Shown: positions 9,956 to 19,357 of the stretch, one piece after another
Numbering within the stretch: the stretch's first letter is position 1
How the letters are laid out: each line of letters starts with the position of its first letter
Source: an uncultured Chloroflexia bacterium
Lineage (GTDB): Bacteria; Chloroflexota; Limnocylindria; Limnocylindrales; CSP1-4
Length of the DNA stretch: 64,000 nt
NCBI GenBank assembly: GCA_963746865.1
Contig: CAVVDB010000007.1
Coordinates: forward strand, 250,235-314,234
Reading direction: 5' to 3'
Translations under genes and position numbers: made by a program
Notes under the pieces: generated by a model
Database searches by the model: none
Seen by the model: only the letters and a program-made list of their open reading frames with translations
What the model was told of the DNA's origin: nothing

Positions 9956-11422
9956 ATGACCGACCGGCCCATGACACCCGACGAGATCCCGCCCGTCACG
10001 ACGCCGGTCGATCCCGCGGTGCTGGCGACCCCCGCGGAGGGCCTGGAGTCGCGCCCCGGGGAGCGCAAGCGGGTCGTCATCGTCGGCGCCGGCCTGGCCG
10101 GGCTGGTGGCCGCGCTCGAACTGAAGCGCGAAGGCCACGATGTCCTGGTCCTCGAGGCGCAGCACCGGGTGGGCGGTCGGATCTACACGCTGCGCACCTT
10201 CGCGCCCGGGTTGTACGCCGAGGCCGGCGGGATGCGGATCCCGCGCGCCCACGACCTCACCCTCAAGTACTGCGACCTGTTCGGGCTGACGATGCGCCCG
10301 TTCGTGATGGGCAATCCGAAGGCGCTCGTCCACATCGGCGGGATGCGGATGACCAAGGAGGAAGCGGACCGCGACCCGGGGCGCCTGCCGTTCAAGGTGG
10401 ACGCTCACGAGCAGGGCCGCAATGCAGACGACCTCTGGGAATCGACGATCGGCGACCTGCGGGTGATGGTCGACAACGACGGCGATGCGGCCTGGGAGCA
10501 CATCGTGCGCGAGTACGACCAGTACTCGCTCTATGAGTTCCTGCGCTTCAAGGGCTGGTCACGTGGCGCCATCGAGTACTACGCGGTCATCAACTTCCTT
10601 GAGTCCGACATGCACAACTCGCTGGTCGAGATCCTGCGCGAGGACCTTGGCGGCGCGTATGTCGACATGCAGGAGATCGCCGGCGGGATGGACGGGTTGC
10701 CCAACGCGTTCTACGCCGAGGTCAAGGATTCCGTCCGGTTCGGCGCCAACGTGTTCGCCATCGACCAGGATCCGGACGGGGTGACCGTCCACTTCAAGAC
10801 CGAATCTGGCCGCTTCAGCGAACGCGCCGATCACATCATCGTGACCATCCCGTTCCCGGTGCTGCGGACGGTCGAGGTCGTCAAGCCGTTCTCGGCCGCG
10901 AAACAGCGGGCCATCCGCCAGCTCAACTACCACGCCTCGACCAAGATCCTGTTCCAGGTCCGGAACCGGTTCTGGGAGGAGGAGGACGGGATCTACGGCG
11001 GCGGGACCGTGACCGAGCTCCCGATCCGCCGGATGAACTACCCGACCCCGGATCCGACCACCTCGAGGGGCGTCCTGCTGGCGAGCTATACCTGGGGCCA
11101 GGACGCCCTCCAGTGGGGCGCGATGGACGAGGAGACACGGCTCGAGGAAGCGCTCGACGACGTCGCCCGGATCCACCCGCGGATCCGCGAGGAGTACGAG
11201 GTCGGGGCGTCGTATGCCTGGTATGCGGACCGCTTCGCGCGTGGTGCGTTTGCCATGTTCGCCCCGGAGCAGCAGACCGACCTGCAAGCCGACATCGTCC
11301 GCTCCGAGGGCCGGATCCACTTCGCCGGCGAGCATTGCTCGCTGTATCACGCCTGGATCCAGGGCGCCCTCGAATCCGGGATCCGCGCGGCGAAGACGAT
11401 CAACGAGGCCCCCGGGGGGTAG
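9956..11422 (+). CDS. Flavin amine oxidase, L-amino-acid oxidase-like (paralog 1)
   Basis: KRVVIVGAGLAGLVAALEL..VLEAQHRVGGRI dinucleotide-binding motif; C-terminal IHFAGEHCSLYHAWIQGALESG. GGAGG lies 8 nt before the ATG at 9956. Confidence 0.85.
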   Translation: MTDRPMTPDEIPPVTTPVDPAVLATPAEGLESRPGERKRVVIVGAGLAGLVAALELKREGHDVLVLEAQHRVGGRIYTLRTFAPGLYAEAGGMRIPRAHDLTLKYCDLFGLTMRPFVMGNPKALVHIGGMRMTKEEADRDPGRLPFKVDAHEQGRNADDLWESTIGDLRVMVDNDGDAAWEHIVREYDQYSLYEFLRFKGWSRGAIEYYAVINFLESDMHNSLVEILREDLGGAYVDMQEIAGGMDGLPNAFYAEVKDSVRFGANVFAIDQDPDGVTVHFKTESGRFSERADHIIVTIPFPVLRTVEVVKPFSAAKQRAIRQLNYHASTKILFQVRNRFWEEEDGIYGGGTVTELPIRRMNYPTPDPTTSRGVLLASYTWGQDALQWGAMDEETRLEEALDDVARIHPRIREEYEVGASYAWYADRFARGAFAMFAPEQQTDLQADIVRSEGRIHFAGEHCSLYHAWIQGALESGIRAAKTINEAPGG

Positions 11423-11592
11423 CGCCCCGCGACCCAACCCGCGCTCGGGCCGCATGCATCTCACTCATGGGAATCGCGATCCGTGAGCGTGGCCACCCCC
11501 GAGTTCTGACGGTCTGGTGGCACCGTCAAGCGTGCCGGAGGCGAATCTGATGCCTCAGATGCATGCCCCGGCGGCGAGGCGGAGCGGGCGTG

Positions 11593-13041
11593 TTACTCCG
11601 CCGCCCCGACCGGGATCTCGTCGCGCATGCCGGCGTTGATGGCGTAGGCGTTCTTGGTCGCCGCCGCGATGGCGCCCTCGATCCAGCGCCGGCCGCGCTG
11701 GTCGCACGCGTCGTTGGCGAACCAGACCCGGCCGACCGGTCGGACGATGTCGTCGTAGAACTGGCTGGTCAGCTCCATCGGGCGGAAGAGCGGCCCGATC
11801 CCGCCGGCGTAGGGGTCGAGCGCCCAGTCGTACGACACGCCGAACTCGAACGTCGACGCCGCCTCGGGATGGATCTTGACCAGGTCCTCGAGGGCCTGCG
11901 ACACACGATCGGCTTCGGACAGCATGGAGTAGGCCATGCTGTCCTGCTCCCAGGCATAGGACGCGATGAGCACGCCGCGGTCTAGCCCCTCGACCTGTCC
12001 GGCCGGGGTGTAGACGATGTTGCGGATGGCCAGGTCGGTCACCGTCACGCCATGCGTGATCTGGTAGTCGTCGACCCACCACTTGCGGCTGAACTGCATG
12101 AAGATCTTGTGCGCCCGGCCGTAGTACACGTTCCGGATCGTGTACCACTTGTCGACGTCGAGCCCGGTGATCTCCATGTGGCGGAGGAGGATCAGCGGCA
12201 CGGTCAGGATGCACTCGTCGGCGGTGATCGACTGCGAGGTGCCGACCGCGTCGCGGAAGCGGACGGTCACGTCATCGGGACTCTGCTCGATGGCATGGAC
12301 CACCGCCCCGAACCGCGTGTCGCCGAGGAGCGCGGGACCGAACGCGTTGGGGAGCGAATCCGCGCCGTCGTGGATGAACGACAGGTTGCCGAAGACGTCC
12401 TCGTGGTAGTGGGCGAACCACTCGACCAGCGAGAAGTGATAGCGGCCCTCGAGGTTGAGCAACGGGCCCATCAGCCAGAGCGCCTGTTCGCTGACCTTGC
12501 GCTCGACGAGATAGCTGATCAGCGAGTAGCCGTCGTAGCGGTCGATGATCTGCTGCCAGCCGCCGGGCTTGGCGATCATCTCGTTGAGCGGCGCCATCGC
12601 ATCCTTGAGGATGTCGCCGGGCGCCTTGCCCCGCTCGCCCGCCGGCAGGTCGTAGTCGAAGGTGGCGGCATCGAACGCGCTGCGCCGGACGGCCTTGCCG
12701 TTGAGGTGGACGAAGGTGTCCTCGTCGAACATCGGGAATGGCGTCGTTCGGAGCTTGAACCGCTCATTGATGAGGTACTGCCCGAGCCGATGCTGAGCCG
12801 GGAAGCGCATCGCGCCGAACTCGCCGTACATCCCGCCGGCGAAGCCGCGGTAGGTGTAGACCCGGCCGCCGAGCCGGTTGCGCGCCTCGAGGATGGTGAC
12901 CGTGTGGCCGGCTTCCTTGAGCAGCAGCCCGGCGGTCAGGCCGGCCATCCCGGCGCCGACGATGGCGATGTGCTTCTTCGGCCCGTCGAGCCGCGGGAGC
13001 CCGGCGCGCAGGGTTTCCAGCAGGTCGAGTCCTTCGCTCAC
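11593..13041 (-). CDS. Flavin amine oxidase, L-amino-acid oxidase-like (paralog 2)
   Basis: 482 aa. KHIAIVGAGMAGLTAGLLL..ILEARNRLGGRV. Same overall layout as the gene at 9956..11422 and convergent with it. Confidence 0.85.
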   Translation of the reverse strand: MSEGLDLLETLRAGLPRLDGPKKHIAIVGAGMAGLTAGLLLKEAGHTVTILEARNRLGGRVYTYRGFAGGMYGEFGAMRFPAQHRLGQYLINERFKLRTTPFPMFDEDTFVHLNGKAVRRSAFDAATFDYDLPAGERGKAPGDILKDAMAPLNEMIAKPGGWQQIIDRYDGYSLISYLVERKVSEQALWLMGPLLNLEGRYHFSLVEWFAHYHEDVFGNLSFIHDGADSLPNAFGPALLGDTRFGAVVHAIEQSPDDVTVRFRDAVGTSQSITADECILTVPLILLRHMEITGLDVDKWYTIRNVYYGRAHKIFMQFSRKWWVDDYQITHGVTVTDLAIRNIVYTPAGQVEGLDRGVLIASYAWEQDSMAYSMLSEADRVSQALEDLVKIHPEAASTFEFGVSYDWALDPYAGGIGPLFRPMELTSQFYDDIVRPVGRVWFANDACDQRGRRWIEGAIAAATKNAYAINAGMRDEIPVGAAE

Positions 13042-13244
13042 GGGTGACTCCTCAGGATTCGCCGGCGCACCGTCGGCGGCGGTGCCGGAGTCGATGTTCC
13101 GGGGCCGGGGTGCGGCGCGTCAAGCCGACGCGGCGGTCCGACCGGGCCTGGCCCGGGGCCGGTGTCACATCTGGTCTCGGCGCGCGTCTACTCGTCGCCC
13201 TCGGAAATCATGGCCGAGGCCTCCGGACTGCGAGCATCAAGCCC

Positions 13245-16200
13245 ATGGCTGCCAACGCACCGACGCCGCGACCGACGCCACCGCAGGCGCTGGTGATCTC
13301 CATCGTCCTCGTGACGGTCGTTGCGATCGCCTCCGGCCTGATCCTCCAGACGGACCGACGACCCGTCCCCGTCCCGTCGCCGTCGGCGGCAGCCGCCTCC
13401 CCGGCCGCGTCGCCGTCACCTTCGGGCAACGGCGACTGGGCGGCCCTCGAGGTCGGTGAGTTGCCCGTCATCGCGACCCTCGAGGCCGGCCGCCGTGATC
13501 CCGCCGGCATCGCACCGGACACGACCTTCACGCTCGCGAGCCGATCGGATGAGCCGGCGGCAGCGATCGCCGCGCGCCTCCAGTTCTCCCCGGCGGCGGC
13601 GTTCAAGGTCGTTGCCTCGGCCGACGGCCGGACGGCGACCGTGACGCCGGACCGAGCCCTCGCGGCCGGCCGGACCTACCGGGTCGCACTCCGGACGGTT
13701 GCCGCGGCCCCCGCCGGCTCATGGGCGTTCCATGTCCGCGGGCCGGTCAGGGCCGTGTCCACGATCCCGGGTGACGCGACGACCAGTGTCCCGGTCCAGA
13801 CCGGTGTCGAGATCACCTTCGATCAGGACGACGTGGCCGCGATCGATGGCCACTTCAAGATCTCGCCCGCCGTCAAGGGCCGGTTCGAACGACACGGCCG
13901 GACCCAGGTGTTCGTCCCGGACCGGCTCGTACCCGCGACCCTCTACACGGTGACCGTGGATCGCGGACTGGGACGGACCGGCACGGACCTGACCCTCGCA
14001 GCGGACCTCGTGCTCCGCTTCGAGACCGAGGGAGCCAATGCCACGACAGCGACCCGGTTGCGGTTCTCGCGCGATGTCATCGAGGTCGCACCGAAGGAGC
14101 GCCCGGTCATCGCTGTCACCGCGATCTCTCCGCAGTCCGACGATGGGACGCCGGCGCCGGCCCCACGGACCACGCGCGTCAAGGTCTATCGCCTGGCGGA
14201 CCTCGACAAGGCGGCCGGGACCCTGGCTGCCTTCCTCGCGGCGCCACGCTGGGGCGAGTTCACCGACCCGCTCATGCCGACCGCCGGCGCGCCCGTGGTC
14301 GCGGACTTCGAGGCGACCCTCGAACCCCTCGCCGAGGACACGCTCCTGCTGCGCTTCCCGACCGCCATCGCCGAGGGCCGCTACATCGTCGAACTCCCCG
14401 GTGCCCGACGGTCGCAGGCCTTCCTCCAGGTGACCCCCATCTCGGCCTGGGTCTCCGTGTCGACCGACCGGACCGTCGTCTGGCTCAACGACGTGACGAC
14501 CGGTCGCCCGGTGCCGGGTGCCAGGGTTGCCGTCGAGGGCGGTCCGGGGCTCGGACGAGCCGGTGCCGATGGGTTGCTGATCGCCCCGACGCCGGCCGAC
14601 ATCGTGCCGCCACCGGCCGCCGATCCGGAGGCCACCGTCCCACCGGCCTCGCCGATCCTTCGCGCGACGTCGCCGGCCGGCAAGGTCGTGCTCATCCCGT
14701 TCGGTGTCCAGGGTGCAGGCGAAGGCTACCGTGGCGAATGGTCGGAGAAGTTCGCCCCGGCCGACGCGACCTACTGGGCCGTGATGGCCACCGACCGCGG
14801 CATCTACCGCCGGGACGACAAGATCGAGGTGTGGGGCTATCTCCGCGGTCGGGACGATGGCGCCGTCCCACCGTCCGTCGACGTCCGGCTCGTCACCAAT
14901 GGCGGCGGCCGGACCCCCGGGGCGCCCGTCATCGCCACCGTCAACGTCCGGCCCGGACCCGATGGCTCGTTCACCGCGACGCTCCCGGTCGGCGGTCTGC
15001 CGCTCAGTGGCTATGAGGTCCAGGCCGCCGTCGCGGATCGATTGATCGTCGGCCGATTCGTCGAGGTGACCGTCATCCGCAAGCCGCCGTATGCGCTGAC
15101 ACTCACGCCGGATCGCAACGCCATCATCTCCGGCGAGACCGTCAAGGTCACCACCGAGGCTGAGTTCTTCGACGGGTCGCCGGTCCCGTCGCTCGGCGTC
15201 ACGTTCCAGGTGGAGGGTGAAGACGAGGGGAGGCCCGCAACGACCGATCCCTCCGGGGCTTCCTCCCTCTCGGTGAGGCTCGAGCCCGGGGAGCCATCCG
15301 AGGACGCCGTGAGCCGGAGCATCAGCGTCGTGCCGACGGGACCCGAAGCTGCCGAGATGTCGGCGTATCGGCAGATCCTCGTGTTCACGTCGGCCTACGA
15401 CCTTGACGCGAACGGCGAGGTGCGAGGCAGTCGACTGCGGGTCGTCGGATCGCTCCACGCGGTCGATCTCGCGAAGGTCGAGCGGGCGATCGCGGCTGGC
15501 GAGTGGAACGGCGACGCCGCCGGCGCCCCCATCGCCGCCGAGCGCATCGCAGCCTCGATCATCGAGCTCGTCCCGGTCCGGCGCCGGGTAGGCAACGACT
15601 ACGACTTCATCGAGAAGGTCGTCATACCCCGATACGAGTACGACATCCAGCGCAAGTCGGTCGGGTCACGGACCGTCGTCACCGACACCGGCGGTCACCT
15701 GGAGTTCGACCTTGCGATCCCGGACGCAGACCACGAATACGAGATCGTCCTGTCCGCGACGGACGATGCCGGGCGCCAGCAGCAGCGCACGGTGACCGCG
15801 GGCAAGCCCTATCGCGAGGCCGCCGACAACGCGGTGACCTTCGTGGAGACGACCGGCGCCCCAGCGGGCGAGACGGCCTACCGGATCGGCGACCGCGTGA
15901 CCTGGCGGATCGCCAGTGGCGGGACGGCGTTCCCGAGCGGCGGCGACGACCGCTACCTGTACATCGTCTCCCAGCGAGGCCTGCGCTCCGCGACGGTCAC
16001 CGACTCCGCCACCTTCCGTCATACGTTCGCGGCCGCCGACGCCCCCGGGGTGTTCGTCATCGGCGTCCGCTTCACGGGTTCGACCTACGCTCCGAAGGCG
16101 GCCATGTGGGCGAACTTCGACCAGCGGGAGCGGGCGCTCCATGTCACGGTGGAGTCGGACCGCGACCACTACCGACCCGGCGAGGTGGTCACCCTGTCGG

Positions 16201-18311
16201 TCCGGACCACGGACCCATCGGGTGCTCCGGTGGCGGCCTCGGTGGTCGTCCAGGCCGTCGACGAGAAGCTCTACGCGATGGGTGGCGCGTCTGTCACGCA
16301 GCCGCTCGATGAGCTCTACCAACGCGCGGACAGCGGCATCCTGCGATTGACCGCGACGCATCAAGTCCCGAGCCTGGCCGGTCCCGAGGGCGAAGGTGGC
16401 GACACCACCGGCGGTGGCCGGAGCGACTTCAAGGACACCCTCCTGTTCCGAAAGATCCAGACCGACGCGACCGGACGCGCGAGCACCACGGTCCAGCTGT
16501 CGGATGACCTCACGTCCTGGCATGTCGCGGCCAGCGCGGTCACCGCCGATCTGAAGGCCGGTGTCGGTGAACTGCTCGTGCCGGTCGGGCTGCCCTTCTT
16601 CGTGGAGGCCACGCTGGCCGATTCGTACCTCGTGTCGGATCGTCCCGTGGTCCGCCTTCGCGCGTTCGGCGATGGCTTGCGGGCCGACGATCCGATCGAG
16701 TTCACGGTCGAGTCGCCTGGCCTCGGCCTGGCCCCGACGCGCATCCCGGGAACGGCATTCGTGGCGGTCAGCGTGCCGCTGCCGATCACGTCGGTCGGTC
16801 ACCTGTCGGTCGTCGTCGGCGCGACCGCGACCACGCGCCAGGGGGCAGATGGCCAGCCTTTGACCGATCGGCTCACCTGGACGTTCGAGGTCGTCGCATC
16901 TCGCCTGACCACGATCCGAACCGCCTATGGGACGGGCGGGGATCTCCCGTCGCTCGGCGAGGCAAGCGGGTTGACGACCTACACCTTCACCGACGCCGGC
17001 CGAGGCGTCGTCCTGCCGATCCTGCTCGACCTTGCCGAACCGAGAGGCCCGCGCCTCGACCGGGTCGTGGCCCAGTCGCTGGCCGACCGCCTGTTGATCG
17101 ACGCCTTTGGCCGGGCACCGGCCACGGTGCCGCCACTCGACTTCGAGCCGTCCAGGTATCCGCTCGGCGAGGATAGCGATGGCACCACCCACGGGGTGGC
17201 GCTGCTGCCCTGGAGTTCGCTCGACCCATGGCTGGCCGCGCGTGTGGCCCTGACCGCCCCCGACGCCCTCGACCACGACGACCTGCGATCGACCCTGGTC
17301 GCGACATTGCGGGAGAAGACGACCAAGCGCGACCTGGCCATCGCGACGCTGGCGGGCCTCGCCGCCCTCGACGAGCCCGTGCTGGCCGATCTGGTCGCGG
17401 CGGGTGCCGAGCCCGACCTGTCGACCCTCGAGCGCCTCTACCTGGCGCTTGGCTTCGCGGCCGCCGGCGACCAGCCGAGCGCGATCGCCATCGAACGCGA
17501 CCTCCTCCGCGGTGATGGCGAACGCCTCGGCACGTGGGTGCGGCTCAACGGGGCCGATCCGGAGACGATCCTCGAGACGACCTCGTTGCTGGCGGTCCTC
17601 GCCGCCGGCCTGGGCGACCCGCTGGCCGCCGGTCTGGCGCGCTACGTGATCGACAACCCGTCGTCCGAGTCGATCCACGACCTGGACCTCGCCGCCTGGG
17701 CCGGGCACATCGTCGAACACACGCCGGCCAGCGCGGCCTCCTTCGCGTACACCATCGACGGCGTCCGGACGGCCGTCGAACTCAAGGCCGGTGAGGTCCT
17801 GAGCCTCGCCCTGACCGACGCCCAGCGATCGACGCTTCGGCTGGAGCCCGGCTCGGGCACGGTCGGTGTGACCGTCGAGGGTCGGGTCGCCGTCGCGCCG
17901 TCGACGCTTGCGCCGCACGCCAGCCTGAAGCTCACCCGAGCCGCCCCGACGGGCGCGGTCTCAGCCGACCGGATCGTCGTGGTCGACCTGACAGCCACGT
18001 TCGCCAACGATGCGCCCGCCGGCTGCTACGACGTGACCGAACTCGTCCCGTCCGGGCTTGCCCCATTGCAGGACGGGTTCTGGGAGGACAGCGAGCCCGA
18101 TGTCGTCTGGCCGACGAGCGTCGTCGGCCAGGAGGTCCGGTTCTGCGCGCACAACGATGCCAAGACCGGCCATTCGGCCCGGATGCGCTACCGAGCCCGT
18201 GTCGTCAACGAGGGATCGTTCAGCTGGGAGCCGGCCATCATGCAGCTTCCGGGAGCGCCCGAGCTTATCGCCCTGACGCCGGCGGGAGCCGTCACCGTCC
18301 AGGCTCCCTGA
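13245..18311 (+). CDS. Bacterial alpha-2-macroglobulin family protein, N-terminally membrane-anchored, no thioester motif
   Basis: About 1,690 aa from ATG 13245. TM anchor ALVISIVLVTVVAIASGLIL. Long run of MG-like beta domains. A2M-domain signature DTLLFRKIQTDATGRASTTVQLSDDLTSWHVAASAV. Only two Cys in the mature part and no CxEQ. Confidence 0.8.
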   Translation: MAANAPTPRPTPPQALVISIVLVTVVAIASGLILQTDRRPVPVPSPSAAAASPAASPSPSGNGDWAALEVGELPVIATLEAGRRDPAGIAPDTTFTLASRSDEPAAAIAARLQFSPAAAFKVVASADGRTATVTPDRALAAGRTYRVALRTVAAAPAGSWAFHVRGPVRAVSTIPGDATTSVPVQTGVEITFDQDDVAAIDGHFKISPAVKGRFERHGRTQVFVPDRLVPATLYTVTVDRGLGRTGTDLTLAADLVLRFETEGANATTATRLRFSRDVIEVAPKERPVIAVTAISPQSDDGTPAPAPRTTRVKVYRLADLDKAAGTLAAFLAAPRWGEFTDPLMPTAGAPVVADFEATLEPLAEDTLLLRFPTAIAEGRYIVELPGARRSQAFLQVTPISAWVSVSTDRTVVWLNDVTTGRPVPGARVAVEGGPGLGRAGADGLLIAPTPADIVPPPAADPEATVPPASPILRATSPAGKVVLIPFGVQGAGEGYRGEWSEKFAPADATYWAVMATDRGIYRRDDKIEVWGYLRGRDDGAVPPSVDVRLVTNGGGRTPGAPVIATVNVRPGPDGSFTATLPVGGLPLSGYEVQAAVADRLIVGRFVEVTVIRKPPYALTLTPDRNAIISGETVKVTTEAEFFDGSPVPSLGVTFQVEGEDEGRPATTDPSGASSLSVRLEPGEPSEDAVSRSISVVPTGPEAAEMSAYRQILVFTSAYDLDANGEVRGSRLRVVGSLHAVDLAKVERAIAAGEWNGDAAGAPIAAERIAASIIELVPVRRRVGNDYDFIEKVVIPRYEYDIQRKSVGSRTVVTDTGGHLEFDLAIPDADHEYEIVLSATDDAGRQQQRTVTAGKPYREAADNAVTFVETTGAPAGETAYRIGDRVTWRIASGGTAFPSGGDDRYLYIVSQRGLRSATVTDSATFRHTFAAADAPGVFVIGVRFTGSTYAPKAAMWANFDQRERALHVTVESDRDHYRPGEVVTLSVRTTDPSGAPVAASVVVQAVDEKLYAMGGASVTQPLDELYQRADSGILRLTATHQVPSLAGPEGEGGDTTGGGRSDFKDTLLFRKIQTDATGRASTTVQLSDDLTSWHVAASAVTADLKAGVGELLVPVGLPFFVEATLADSYLVSDRPVVRLRAFGDGLRADDPIEFTVESPGLGLAPTRIPGTAFVAVSVPLPITSVGHLSVVVGATATTRQGADGQPLTDRLTWTFEVVASRLTTIRTAYGTGGDLPSLGEASGLTTYTFTDAGRGVVLPILLDLAEPRGPRLDRVVAQSLADRLLIDAFGRAPATVPPLDFEPSRYPLGEDSDGTTHGVALLPWSSLDPWLAARVALTAPDALDHDDLRSTLVATLREKTTKRDLAIATLAGLAALDEPVLADLVAAGAEPDLSTLERLYLALGFAAAGDQPSAIAIERDLLRGDGERLGTWVRLNGADPETILETTSLLAVLAAGLGDPLAAGLARYVIDNPSSESIHDLDLAAWAGHIVEHTPASAASFAYTIDGVRTAVELKAGEVLSLALTDAQRSTLRLEPGSGTVGVTVEGRVAVAPSTLAPHASLKLTRAAPTGAVSADRIVVVDLTATFANDAPAGCYDVTELVPSGLAPLQDGFWEDSEPDVVWPTSVVGQEVRFCAHNDAKTGHSARMRYRARVVNEGSFSWEPAIMQLPGAPELIALTPAGAVTVQAP

Positions 18312-18324
18312 CGCTCGTCCGCGG

Positions 18325-19254
18325 TCAGGCGGTCTGGACCGGCACGTCCAGGCTCACGGTCAGGCCGTCGGCGATGCTCCCCGACATGGTCCCGAGCTGT
18401 CGCGCGCCGTTGTCCTCGCCGAACACGTTGTCGCGATCGAGGCTCACCCCGCTCATGGTCCTGATGCTCGACGCATACCCGTCGGTGGCGTAAACGGCGT
18501 TACAGCTGTCCTCGGGCAGGGCGATCTGCGAGGTCGCGATCTTGTTGGCGTCGTCGGTCGCGGCGGCGAGGTTCGGGTAGACCTCGAAGTGGATGTGCGG
18601 CCAGCGGCCCTGGTAGCAGGCCGGGAAGATGCTGGTGAAGGTCACCACGCCGTCACTGCCGGCCGCCTGGACCCCGCGAAGGTAGTTCTGGTCGGTGGCT
18701 CCCTGCGAGTAGAGCGAATAGCGCCCCTCGCGGTCGCAATGCCACAGGTAGACCGCGGCATTGGGAAGCGGGGCGCAGCCGTTGGCAACGTCCTGGATCA
18801 GCAGCTTGATCGTCAGCGGGACGCCGGCCGCCGTCCCAGACATGCCACCGAAGCTCGCCCGGATGTCCTTGCGCACGACGCCGCTCTGATTGAGGACGTC
18901 GGGCCCGTTCGAGCCGTCGGCAGGGTACGGTCCGCCGGTCTCCTCGGGGATGACGGCACAGGCGGCAGCGTCGGCGGTGGCTGCGGCCGAAGCGGCTGCG
19001 GATGCTGCCGCCGCCGAGGCCGACGCGGAGGCCGAGGCACCCGCCGATGCGGTCCCCGTCGGTGCGCAACCGGCGACCGCGAAGATGCCGGCGCCCAACC
19101 CGGTCAGGCCAAGCAACTTGAGCACCCGGCGCCGGTCGACGAGCGTTTCGAGATCGAAGGCGAGGCCCTGGTCGTAGATGTCCTCGTCCGGGTTCGCGAG
19201 CGGTCGGCCTTCGTAGGTGGCGACGGTGGTCGTCGCCGGGTCGGCAGCGTTCAT
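18325..19254 (-). CDS. Secreted intradiol ring-cleavage dioxygenase-like protein (Tat-type signal)
   Basis: RRRVLKLLGLTGLGAG twin-arginine signal. YLWHCDREGRYS and GRWPHIHFEV motifs. AAGGAG lies 7 nt upstream of the ATG at 19254. Confidence 0.8.
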   Translation of the reverse strand: MNAADPATTTVATYEGRPLANPDEDIYDQGLAFDLETLVDRRRVLKLLGLTGLGAGIFAVAGCAPTGTASAGASASASASAAAASAAASAAATADAAACAVIPEETGGPYPADGSNGPDVLNQSGVVRKDIRASFGGMSGTAAGVPLTIKLLIQDVANGCAPLPNAAVYLWHCDREGRYSLYSQGATDQNYLRGVQAAGSDGVVTFTSIFPACYQGRWPHIHFEVYPNLAAATDDANKIATSQIALPEDSCNAVYATDGYASSIRTMSGVSLDRDNVFGEDNGARQLGTMSGSIADGLTVSLDVPVQTA

Positions 19255-19357
19255 GGTCGGGCTCCTTGGCGGTGGCACGGGGTCGGTGTCACACGCGCAG
19301 ATTGTGAGCCCCCGATGAGACGACGCTGAGAATCAACGGAGGTCCGGCAGCGGGCGA

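Noticed and set aside
11423-11592. Structured RNA or bidirectional terminator between the convergent oxidase genes
   Set aside because: Only short (5-6 bp) imperfect hairpins without U-tracts are present. Nothing distinguishes it from background.
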